A DNA stretch of 64,000 bases from Escherichia coli (GTDB lineage Bacteria > Pseudomonadota > Gammaproteobacteria > Enterobacterales > Enterobacteriaceae): NCBI RefSeq assembly GCF_041248615.1, contig NZ_CP158426.1; one strand, given 5' to 3'. The number at the start of each line of letters is the position of its first letter. Positions within the stretch are counted from its first letter, which is position 1. The notes under the pieces were generated by a model. That model was not told the origin of the DNA, searched no databases, and saw only the letters and a list, made by a program, of their open reading frames with translations. Positions 20,600-29,552 of the stretch are shown here, one piece after another. The position numbers and the translations under genes were made by a program.

Positions 20600-20684
20600 T
20601 TGCCAACATTCTGATTAGTATTCATGTGGTTACATTTCTTTTTGTCCGTGTGTAATGCACCTAATGTACAAAAAGAGCGTAAAC

Positions 20685-21986
20685 ATGAGGTACAAAACTC
20701 TTCCATACACGTTTCAAAGAAACGGTAATTACTATCTACAGATTCGGCTTTCGAATGGTCGGATGTATAAAAAATCACTTCTCACTGACAGCTATCGTGA
20801 AGTCTCTGCTTTGATGATTGGTGTTGCTCCGTACATTCCTTTTGTTAAATCATTAGCCATCACAATCCCGATGTTTGATGCCTTTGTTTCAAACCTGATT
20901 ATGTCAAAACTTAGGGCTGTAAAAGTTCCGCTGCTATCACATCAGTCGGTAATTACCCCTGCTACATTCGAGGAACCAGCGACACAAGCCGAACCGCAAA
21001 ACATGCTAACTCTTTCTGATGCGTGGGCTATGTATAAAGCGGAAAAGGGTAAAACATGGACAAAGTCGATCTCAAGGGCGAATGAGCGTTACATGGAAGT
21101 CTTGATGGTTGTCTTGGGAGAGACAACTGACGTAGTTGCGATTTCTAAGCAGGACATCAAGCAGGTGATGGAAGTTGTTGAGAATTTGCCTAAGCGTGTT
21201 GTCCAACCGTATCGCTCAATGAACATCCAGCAACTGATTGAATGTGATGATGTATCACCGAATGAGTTAGTAGGAGTGGAAGCCATTCATAAGCATCTCA
21301 AAATCTACAAATCGCTTTTCAAGACTTTTCTAACAGAAAACAAAGATATTTTGATTAAATCCCCAACTGATGGGGTAGTAGCAGCACCATCTAAAGCAAG
21401 GTTTGGAGCATACAGTTCGGCGGAGATGAAGAAGTTTGTAGAGTGGGCACTTAAGCAGCCAGATGGCTGGCAGAAGTGGATAACATTGTTGTTGGCATAC
21501 ACAGGAGCCAGAAGGGGAGAAATTGCCAAACTGGAAAAATCACAAATAAAATATGATGAGGATAGCCATCGGTATTATTTCCTGATTGCAGAAGGAGGGC
21601 AGGGGAAAACCGAAAATGCTACCCGACAAGTAGTGATACACCCTAAGTTGATCGAATGGGGTTTCATGGAATACGTTGATCGCCAGTGGAAAGAACGGAT
21701 TTTTTCAGAAGTGGCTGGTACAAACATGACGAAGATCGGTAAAGAATTTGCTGATGTGCGTGACCAGCTTGACATTCCGTACTTAGACGATTTTGGACAG
21801 CGGAGGCTTTTGCATAGCATTCGTCATTCTGTTTGCTCTACTGCGATGGCTGGATGGGTAAAGAACATCTTGCATCTGCAACAAACAGTAGGCCATGAGA
21901 AAAGTGGAGGGATCACTAAACGCTACTTACATACGTTCCCACTATCATCAATTTGTTATGTTATTGATGGGATTAGTTGGGTCTGA
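20685..21986 (+). CDS. int: Tyrosine site-specific integrase
   Basis: ORF 20655..21986, likely start MRYKT at 20685. Catalytic signature ARRGEIAKL (Arg), GKTENATR (Lys), HSIRHS (His-x-x-Arg), GHEKSGGITKRYLH (Tyr). Confidence 0.85.
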   Translation: MRYKTLPYTFQRNGNYYLQIRLSNGRMYKKSLLTDSYREVSALMIGVAPYIPFVKSLAITIPMFDAFVSNLIMSKLRAVKVPLLSHQSVITPATFEEPATQAEPQNMLTLSDAWAMYKAEKGKTWTKSISRANERYMEVLMVVLGETTDVVAISKQDIKQVMEVVENLPKRVVQPYRSMNIQQLIECDDVSPNELVGVEAIHKHLKIYKSLFKTFLTENKDILIKSPTDGVVAAPSKARFGAYSSAEMKKFVEWALKQPDGWQKWITLLLAYTGARRGEIAKLEKSQIKYDEDSHRYYFLIAEGGQGKTENATRQVVIHPKLIEWGFMEYVDRQWKERIFSEVAGTNMTKIGKEFADVRDQLDIPYLDDFGQRRLLHSIRHSVCSTAMAGWVKNILHLQQTVGHEKSGGITKRYLHTFPLSSICYVIDGISWV

Positions 21987-22203
21987 AACTGCTAAGAATG
22001 ATAGGAAAAGCTACTTAATGATCCTTAGTTTTGGATGAAATTGAAGATTACAAAGATCTTGAGCGAATAAGAGCGTTTTTTAATCAAAAAAGCCATAAAA
22101 ACTTTTCTTGACTGTATATTAACACAGTGCTTCTACTATGTAGAAGAAATCGACATGAAAAATTTGATATGGTAAATTTTATCCATGATAACAAAAAGGT
22201 ATT

Positions 22204-23106
22204 GTGGATATGTTACTACCAATACGAGTTCATAAACGATTTCTAACTTTATTTAAGACTTTGCAAATTGACGATTGCCCACCGCAATCAACTTTAAATA
22301 TTCATGTACTTAATATCGAAAGCAATGAATTTATATACTGTAAATTAGTTGAAGAATTACGTGACATAATAATTACTTATGTACATTCGAATAGAAGGCT
22401 TGAGGAGTTTAAGGAAAGTTATCCTTCGTATAGCCCTAAACCTTTTTTCGAAGCAATACAAAAATTTCGCAATTATACGTCAAACGAAGGTGAGTTAGGT
22501 GAACTGCTTTTATACGCTTTTCTTGAAACAGGACTAAATGCTCCGAAATTACTTTCCAAAATGCAATTGAAAACAGATTCTAATGATTACATTAAGGGTT
22601 CTGATGGTGTACATCTGTTAGAATTAGATGATGGTTATCAATTAATATTTGGAGAATCAAAGCTCTATGCCGATCTTTTAGAAGGTGCTCGAGAAGCGTT
22701 TGATTCTATTTTAGATTTTAAAAGTAATGGAATGGCATTTGAAAGAGGGCTGATAGATACACACGTTATAAATGAAATGGTTTCAGAAGAAGGTTATGAG
22801 AAAATAAAATCAATTCTTCTTCCTTCTTCTGGCGATGATGGGCCAGATCTTGATTTATCCTTTGGTATATTTCTTGGTTTTGAATTGAAAATAGATAGCT
22901 CACAGTTATCATTGAAAAACAAAGAGTTTAGAGATTGGGTTAATGAGTCCGTGAAACAACATGCTACTCGCGTGGTCAGTACGATACGAAGGAAAATTAT
23001 TAATCATAAATTATATGGTCACGAATTCCACATATATATAGTTCCTTTTACCGATATTGATGTTACACGAAAAAAATTAATTCATGAAATGCTAACAATT
23101 AAGTGA
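22204..23106 (+). CDS. hamA: HamA-like protein (DUF1837-type PD-(D/E)xK nuclease fold) of a Hachiman-type system
   Basis: 300 aa (GTG 22204 or ATG 22210). Motifs EGELGELLLYAFLE (~aa 95-108), GSDGVH (aa 132-137), GESK (aa 150-153). Overlaps the next gene by 4 nt. Confidence 0.7.
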   Translation: MDMLLPIRVHKRFLTLFKTLQIDDCPPQSTLNIHVLNIESNEFIYCKLVEELRDIIITYVHSNRRLEEFKESYPSYSPKPFFEAIQKFRNYTSNEGELGELLLYAFLETGLNAPKLLSKMQLKTDSNDYIKGSDGVHLLELDDGYQLIFGESKLYADLLEGAREAFDSILDFKSNGMAFERGLIDTHVINEMVSEEGYEKIKSILLPSSGDDGPDLDLSFGIFLGFELKIDSSQLSLKNKEFRDWVNESVKQHATRVVSTIRRKIINHKLYGHEFHIYIVPFTDIDVTRKKLIHEMLTIK

Positions 23107-25691
23107 ACACTATGAATGAATTAAATTCAAGTAAAAACATTCATTTGGCAGCTCGTCTTGCAGATGATGCTTTTGAAAGTGCTTATTTTAAAGAAATCAA
23201 TAAGTTTATAAGTGGTTTATACAATTACAGTTTATTTAACTGCGATTCAGATGTTAGTCTCTCCGAGAGTGATAACAATAAAATAGCACACGCTTTGCGT
23301 TTTGCAGATATATTTTCACATTCTTCAAAAGAAAATCATAGATCATGTGCATTTGAAATTATAAGTAGAATAGCCTTATTAAAAAAACATGATCCTTATT
23401 TTAAATTTATAGGTACTGCTGTTATTAATCGGCTTGGGGTTTATGCAGCAGAAAAACTCATATCAAAAGGGGTAAAATTACCCTTAGATAGAGAAGTTGA
23501 TTCTATTATTAAAAAATCAGTTCAGAAAACAGATGAAGATGGAGTATATTTCACTGATAAACAACATGAGTTATACAAACTTTTAAAAAGTAGCAAAACA
23601 ATTAGTTTTGCTGGTCCCACTTCGATGGGAAAGTCATTTGTTATTAATGCATACATTAAGGAAATAACTCTTAAAAAAGAGCTTAAAAATATAGCTTTAA
23701 TTGTTCCTACACGGGCTTTAATAAGCCAAAATGCACTTAAGTTAAAAATTGATATTGCATTGTATAAGAATGAAAGCCCTTATAAAGTTGTTACGACATC
23801 CTACATTATTAATGGTGATGAAAGTAAAAATAAAGGCTATATTTTTATTCTCACCCCAGAAAGGCTGGTTAGTCTCATAAGCACTATTCCTGGACTAATG
23901 ATTGATTATGTTTTTGTAGATGAAGCTCAAAAGTTAACAACAAAAAATGATTCGAGGAGTCTTGTTACTTATTCAGCTATAGAGCAAACAATTAGTAAAA
24001 ATCCTGAGGCAAGATTATTCTTCTCTTCACCTAATTTATCTAATCCTGAAATATTTAATATTTTGTTTGATAGAAAAGACGCTTCGGTATATAGAAATAC
24101 AGAAGGTGCAACTACTCAGAATATGTATTTTATTGATCTTTTAAATAGCAGCTTTAGCTATGTTAATACCGAGAAAAGGACGCTTGAAAAAATAGATGAG
24201 ATCTCTAATACTTACACGAATACAAATGATGTTATCTATAAATTAAATAATGGTAAAAGTAAAATAATTTATTGTGGGGGGATAGAAAGCACGCTTGAGA
24301 GAACACGTAGCTTTATCAATTATCTCAAAATTAATAAGAAAAAAAGAAAGCATTTAAATTTAGAAATATCTTCTGAGATAAGAAACTTTGTTCATGATAA
24401 CTATGAACTTGCAGAAGCCATCAACTATGGTGTTGCTTTCCACTTTGGAAACTTGCCTCAATCGATTCGAGATTTAATTGAGCATCATTTCAAAATAGGA
24501 AATATTGACTATCTATTCTGTACATCAACCCTACTTGAGGGAGTCAATTTACCTGCAAGATCCGTATTTATTCTTACGCATAAAAAAGGCCCCAGTCCAT
24601 TAGAGTCGGTTGATTTTTGGAATCTGGCTGGGAGAGCTGGGCGATTATCTATGGAATTGTCAGGGGATATTTTTTGTATTAGGGATGATAATAAGCTTTG
24701 GAATAAAAAAGCTGTTGATAATATCCTTCTGTCTGACAAAAATAACATTTCATTAAAGCCAAGCTTCTATATTGAAGACGAAAAAAGATTGAACGATTTA
24801 CACCATATAATTACGACTGGTAAAACAGGGAATATTAAAAATGCTGAGTTCCTTAGAACTTTAGGAGATATGATAAGAATAGACACTCTGAGGGATTCTA
24901 AAGAACTTCCTCTTATTAGTTATTTCCAAAGCAGTGGAAAATCAGAAATTTTGTTAAGTGCAGAAAAAAGCACTGAAAATATTACCATGCCAATGAATAT
25001 CCTTTTGGCAAATAGTCATATTGCGATTGATTCGCAGTATCATGCTTTTAAAAAAATAAAAAGCCTTACAGTTAAGGAACTGAAATTATCATGGCAGCCT
25101 ACATACGAAGAAATTAAAGAAAAATTGAATTTGATATTCGATATTTACCAAGTTGAAAAGTTTGCAACAGGTAGAGAACGTCTTTATTTAAATTCAATTC
25201 CATATTATGCAGTATTACTGTTTCAATGGATTCGTGGAAATAGTCTACAGGAAATTATCTCGGGGGCAATTGCTTATAGAAAGAACAAAAGTATATATAT
25301 TAAAAATACACCTGTTCTTTTTGACAGCGAAAACCCAGCTCATTTAACTGCATTAGTTAATGAAACTATAAAAGACATTGAGTTGCGTGTAGGTTACCAG
25401 TTACAAAATTATTTTTCACATTACTGTCAGCTTCTGAATTATGTGTTACAAGGAAATCCAGGGGCAAACTGGTCTCAGTTCATTGAGTTTGGCTCTAATG
25501 AGCCAATAGTATGGCACCTACAAATGATGGGCTTTTCAAGGGATAGTGCAGTTTTTCTCAAGAAGAATTTTTCAAAACATCTTAAACTTGATAATGAAAT
25601 GAATAAACTCATCATAATGGATAAGGAACTGATCAAGCGTTCTTTCAAAAAAGATGGACTACATTACTTAGAAATCCAATCGTTATTATAA
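23103..25691 (+). CDS. hamB: HamB-like SF2 helicase of a Hachiman-type system
   Basis: 862 aa (GTG 23103 overlapping the hamA TGA, or ATG 23112). Walker A GPTSMGKS (nt 23613-23636), motif II DEAQ (nt 23919-23930), motif VI-like AGRAGR. Confidence 0.75.
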   Translation: MNTMNELNSSKNIHLAARLADDAFESAYFKEINKFISGLYNYSLFNCDSDVSLSESDNNKIAHALRFADIFSHSSKENHRSCAFEIISRIALLKKHDPYFKFIGTAVINRLGVYAAEKLISKGVKLPLDREVDSIIKKSVQKTDEDGVYFTDKQHELYKLLKSSKTISFAGPTSMGKSFVINAYIKEITLKKELKNIALIVPTRALISQNALKLKIDIALYKNESPYKVVTTSYIINGDESKNKGYIFILTPERLVSLISTIPGLMIDYVFVDEAQKLTTKNDSRSLVTYSAIEQTISKNPEARLFFSSPNLSNPEIFNILFDRKDASVYRNTEGATTQNMYFIDLLNSSFSYVNTEKRTLEKIDEISNTYTNTNDVIYKLNNGKSKIIYCGGIESTLERTRSFINYLKINKKKRKHLNLEISSEIRNFVHDNYELAEAINYGVAFHFGNLPQSIRDLIEHHFKIGNIDYLFCTSTLLEGVNLPARSVFILTHKKGPSPLESVDFWNLAGRAGRLSMELSGDIFCIRDDNKLWNKKAVDNILLSDKNNISLKPSFYIEDEKRLNDLHHIITTGKTGNIKNAEFLRTLGDMIRIDTLRDSKELPLISYFQSSGKSEILLSAEKSTENITMPMNILLANSHIAIDSQYHAFKKIKSLTVKELKLSWQPTYEEIKEKLNLIFDIYQVEKFATGRERLYLNSIPYYAVLLFQWIRGNSLQEIISGAIAYRKNKSIYIKNTPVLFDSENPAHLTALVNETIKDIELRVGYQLQNYFSHYCQLLNYVLQGNPGANWSQFIEFGSNEPIVWHLQMMGFSRDSAVFLKKNFSKHLKLDNEMNKLIIMDKELIKRSFKKDGLHYLEIQSLL

Positions 25692-25771
25692 AACTGCCGA
25701 ATCAGAGTCTTTTATTGATTCTGATTCGCACTTATATAGTTAAATCAAAAGGAGCATTAAAATTTTTCAGT

Positions 25772-25795
25772 AGCGATTTAGTATGCTAAATCGCT
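25772..25795. terminator. Strong hairpin between the convergent hamB and recombinase genes
   Basis: 10-bp perfect stem AGCGATTTAG/CTAAATCGCT with a TATG loop. There is no clean U tract, so its function as a terminator is uncertain. Confidence 0.35.
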
Positions 25796-25999
25796 GCATA
25801 ACGAATCTGCTTCTAAATCTTGATTAAGTGTTTCGAACTGCCTTGATTGTTTATTGCTACACTTTATAATTAATCGCAACACACAAAACAATACAATGTA
25901 GGCAGTTGCACAGAATTAATTACAGGCACATTATGGATATCGAGAGGATTCGAACAGTTTTAAACTGCAAGCCCTTTGACTTTATCCCCTCCTACTATA

Positions 26000-26575
26000 T
26001 CAGCGTTTGATGCCGCTAATACTGGCAAGCATTTCTTTCTTCACACGAAAAACTGTAGCCCTGCCGCAATCACATAACTTTGCTATCTCGTCTGGTGTAT
26101 TCTTCCCGGCCTGTAACATATCGATAATCTTGTTATGTAGCTCTTTGTTCTTTTGCTTGCCCTTGTACTTCTTAGCCTCTTTAGCAAGAGCAATCCCCTC
26201 ATTGCGACGAGATGCGATCATACCCCGCTCAAATTCTGCAGCGGCTCCCATCATGGTTAGGATAAGGCGTGATTGTGGGGAATTATCAAAACTCATAGAG
26301 TTTGCAAGGAATTGAACAGTGATTCCACGAGCCACGAGGTTATCAATCATTTCCAGCAAATCGCGGGTATTACGTGCAAGGCGATCAATCGAGTGAGTAA
26401 CGAGCGTGTCACCTTCGCGGAGGTGTGAAAGCAGGTTCAACAATTCAGGTCTTTCGCTGGTGGACTTACCTGATTCTTTCTCTGCCACAATTTTGTCACA
26501 AACAGGTTCCAGCACTGCCAACTGACGCTCAAGATTTTGATCCTTTGTTGAGACTCTCGCGTAACCAAAAATCAT
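26000..26575 (-). CDS. Serine recombinase (resolvase/invertase family)
   Basis: 191 aa. N-terminal MIFGYARVSTKDQNLERQ (catalytic Ser) and a C-terminal HTH (TPDEIAKLCDCGRATVFRV). Confidence 0.88.
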   Translation of the reverse strand: MIFGYARVSTKDQNLERQLAVLEPVCDKIVAEKESGKSTSERPELLNLLSHLREGDTLVTHSIDRLARNTRDLLEMIDNLVARGITVQFLANSMSFDNSPQSRLILTMMGAAAEFERGMIASRRNEGIALAKEAKKYKGKQKNKELHNKIIDMLQAGKNTPDEIAKLCDCGRATVFRVKKEMLASISGIKR

Positions 26576-26600
26576 TTTCCTGCCCTCACTTACGTGAAAA

Positions 26601-26664
26601 GTATCATTTGAATTTACTTAATGATACAGTATCATTTAAATGCATTCAACATCTAAATGATACT
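26601..26664. promoter_or_regulatory. res-like recombinase binding sites upstream of the serine recombinase gene
   Basis: Inverted GTATCATT (26601-08)/AATGATAC (26620-27) and AGTATCATTTAAAT (26628-41)/ATCTAAATGATACT (26651-64). That is four copies of one half-site. Confidence 0.55.
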
Positions 26665-27082
26665 AAACGAGACGAGAAAAGCGAGTATCGTTAGGGAGTA
26701 CCCAAAAGAGATTTTTGATCGTGCGTTTTTTAGTCAATGTAGGGTTAGTGAAAAGTTCAGTACCGAGATCTGAGTTCACGGCATTTTGTCGACGGGGTTG
26801 AACCTGATTAGGCGAACGAGATTTTAAATCAGGCGGAATAAAACAAGTTGTACTTTTATCTGAGTAAAAGATCCCTTTAACTTTTTAGTCAGAAATCGTG
26901 ATACTAGGGGTTTGGTTATTTTGTGTCCTTAAGGCCAGTACTTTTAGCGAGGACGAAAAAACGGCCTACATGAGAACGCTTACAGTAACTTAAGTATATT
27001 ATCCAAAAAGTCACTTAACTTAAATCAATTTGGATGCAAAATCGCCACACTTTGCAAGTGAACACATACCGGGCAACAAGCA

Positions 27083-27109
27083 AATAAAAAAGGCCACTTT
27101 CGCGACCTT
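27083..27109 (-). terminator. Intrinsic terminator of the membrane/periplasmic two-gene operon
   Basis: Minus strand AAGGUCGCGAAAGUGGCCUU followed by UUUUAUUU, 17 nt after the stop at 27126. Confidence 0.7.
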
Positions 27110-27125
27110 GTACCAGTACAAACAC

Positions 27126-27485
27126 TCATTCAGAACGATCAAGTACCATATATGCTGGCTGACACATGCTGCCCCGCTCCTGTAGCCAGTAGTAATCAAG
27201 ATCGGCAACACGCACGTCCAATCCAGAATCTACACGGTTGATCTGTAACCGTAGCCCTACAGTATCCTTGTACGATAAACCAGATTTAACATTGTATTTG
27301 TACTTAACACCGTTTTCCTGTTCAAACTGTTTAAGGAAAGGCGTCATTTGTTTCTGAATTTCTTTCAAACAAATAACCTCATTATCAATAGCAAAGGGGG
27401 GTTCTGTTTTTCCATCAGGTACAGCAGCCTGTAAATGAAAGGAAGTACTCAACAATAACAGCATTGCAACAGAAGTCTTTTTCAT
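27126..27485 (-). CDS. Small exported protein of unknown function
   Basis: 119 aa. Sec signal peptide MKKTSVAMLLLLSTSFHLQA|AVP. Lies 43 nt downstream of the preceding gene on the same strand. Confidence 0.7.
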   Translation of the reverse strand: MKKTSVAMLLLLSTSFHLQAAVPDGKTEPPFAIDNEVICLKEIQKQMTPFLKQFEQENGVKYKYNVKSGLSYKDTVGLRLQINRVDSGLDVRVADLDYYWLQERGSMCQPAYMVLDRSE

Positions 27486-27528
27486 TTTAATTCCTTATTA
27501 AAGAACAGTACATTATATTTCAATGGAC

Positions 27529-28569
27529 TTAATAACAATATTTTATATTTCCTTCGGGTTTTCTCATGCATTTAATTCCTTCAGGAATATAATCAGTTAC
27601 GGGAGCAGGTCTGGCATCAGGTCTTGAAAGACGATTGGATATAGAAGACAACAGACTGAAAACACACTCATTAAATGATTTTTGATATTTATTTTTTTCA
27701 TAAAAGTACTGCATGGTGATTTTATCTCTTTCGTATTGCAATTCTTTGCCAAGCTGAATCCTATCCATATCAATTCCATTTCTCATAGCATTAAATCTTT
27801 CGTTCAATAAATTAAATTGAGATTTATTCCATTCATTTAAAGGAAATAAAGAATTGTTAAGCCTTTGCCTACAATTAGATTGCTCGATAGCTGACATGTA
27901 TTCTTTCATACTAACGCCAATATCTAAGTATGTGAGTTGTCCAGCAGTTCTATCAACTGAGTTATTAGGGTAAGATTTAATTTCAGTAAGTATTGACTCT
28001 GTTAATACTGCATTTTCTTCTAAATCTTTGCTAATAGTTATTTGAGCTTGTTCTCTTTTATCCTTATCAAATATTGAAATGTATTTCTTTACTATATCCT
28101 GATTAGCTTTCTCGGCTGCTACTAACGCATCTTGAACCTTCTTTTCCGCCGCTTTAACTCGTTGTTCTTCTACAAATTTCGCGTAGTCATCAGTATTTGT
28201 AATGTGATTTTCACGAGCGATAGAAAACTCTTTACTATCTTTAAAACCAAGTTTTTGTGCTCTGGCTCCATCGCTTGAAGATCGGGCAGAACTTGCCACG
28301 AAAGCGAGCACAATGATCAGTACAGGAACCGTATAATTATTAACGAGTTTATAGGGTAAGAACTTCGCTTTAAGCGTACCATAACCCAAAACAGCCCAGC
28401 CTATCGCGGCAGTACTTGCCAGTAGCTGGCACAATCCAGCGACGGAAAGCATGATTACCGACCAGAAGCCTGTACCGACTGCGAAAAGATCACCAAATTT
28501 CTCCATTGACGCAAGGAATAAAAACACTCCCCAAATGCCATAAAATCCTATTTTCAAATATTTACTCAC
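27529..28569 (-). CDS. Inner-membrane protein (about 3 N-terminal TM helices plus ~240-aa soluble/coiled-coil-like domain), unknown function
   Basis: 346 aa, GTG start with AAAGGA upstream. Hydrophobic segments IGFYGIWGVFLFLASM, FWSVIMLSVAGLCQLLASTAAIGWAVLGYG and VPVLIIVLAFVASSA. Confidence 0.7.
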   Translation of the reverse strand: MSKYLKIGFYGIWGVFLFLASMEKFGDLFAVGTGFWSVIMLSVAGLCQLLASTAAIGWAVLGYGTLKAKFLPYKLVNNYTVPVLIIVLAFVASSARSSSDGARAQKLGFKDSKEFSIARENHITNTDDYAKFVEEQRVKAAEKKVQDALVAAEKANQDIVKKYISIFDKDKREQAQITISKDLEENAVLTESILTEIKSYPNNSVDRTAGQLTYLDIGVSMKEYMSAIEQSNCRQRLNNSLFPLNEWNKSQFNLLNERFNAMRNGIDMDRIQLGKELQYERDKITMQYFYEKNKYQKSFNECVFSLLSSISNRLSRPDARPAPVTDYIPEGIKCMRKPEGNIKYCY

Positions 28570-28789
28570 CGCAATTATCCTTTAATAATTTTCCAAATCG
28601 ATGGTTCGTTCTATTTGTATTATCGACAATAATTCGTTTGCCTTTAGGTAGATCCCTTAAAAAGGAATCCCCCCAAAATTTATAGATTAGCAGTTGTACC
28701 ACTCTCACTGTTTTGTCACTCCCATTATCTTCTCTCAGGTCAAAAGTACGGACTTAAAGCCGTCCGTGTTCAGGTGCTCAAGAGTAGCA

Positions 28790-28900
28790 CGCATATCAAT
28801 AAATGATCGATAAAAACGATCAATTAATGGCTTATTGATCGCTATAACCTATCAATGACTATTAATTCAATACAAATCAATAGGTAAAATCGATCAAGAG
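28790..28900. repeat. Iteron-like cluster of (G)ATCAAT/GATCGA motifs with several GATC sites
   Basis: ATCAAT at 28795, 28851 and 28876; CGATCAAT at 28817; TTGATCG at 28835; GATCGA at 28805; CGATCAAG at 28891. All lie within an ORF-free tract. Confidence 0.45.
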
Positions 28901-29552
28901 GATTCGTCATCCATGAAAGGGGTTATGTATCTGATTTCAATACAGGGAGTATTAGCGATACCATCACGCAAACGCTCTTAAAGCGTAGCTACGGCGTTTT
29001 GTAGGGTTTTTGGTCATTCATGTGTGTCAGTAATGAACATCGCATTCAGGGGCTTCCTGTGCGTTTTGTCCGAAACACCATCATGAAGGGGGACAGATCG
29101 GATCGGGGTCGCTTCGCTCTGGTCAGTACTGGATAGTTCTTTTCCAGTAACTGAAACCGCAGATACCCCACTAAGTACACAAAGGAATTATTTGTAGAAT
29201 AAGTAATGAAATAACAGTCAGTTATGTACTTACTGACAGAACTAAAAACGCGATTAGGTTCGCTCTGTCAGTGACCGAAGGGAACGCAACAGTAGAATCT
29301 AATCCAGCGAACAGTACACGCAAGCGGGTGCTGTTTAATTGTTTTATCTATGTAAACAATGGGATAGCTATCAAGTACTCACTGCGTGAGCACTCTCACT
29401 AACTACCCGAAACAGTTCGCTTGCTTCGCCGCTCCTACTTTCAGGTAGTTAATTCGCTTTCGCTCGTTGTGATGTCCGAAATTTATTACCTATAGTATTA
29501 TAAGGTATTATTTTCCGGACATTTATGTATTTTTATGATGGTGTTCTGGACA

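Noticed and set aside
20371-20778. 135-aa minus-strand ORF spanning the rcnR 3' end, attL and the integrase 5' end
   Set aside because: It crosses the island/core junction and overlaps two well-supported genes on the other strand, so it cannot be an ancestral gene. It has no SD.
25934-25980. tRNA-like fragment (complement contains GTTCGAATCCTCTCGATATCCA, resembling a T-loop plus acceptor 3' end with CCA)
   Set aside because: The putative T-stem does not base-pair (AACTG vs CCTCT). No D-arm, anticodon arm or 5' acceptor strand can be built. At most it is a decayed att remnant, and it may be chance.
28570-29552. Retron msr/msd or other RT-associated ncRNA as an explanation for the ORF-free structured tract
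   Set aside because: No reverse transcriptase gene is present anywhere in the island, and I could not identify the flanking a1/a2 inverted repeats characteristic of retron ncRNAs.
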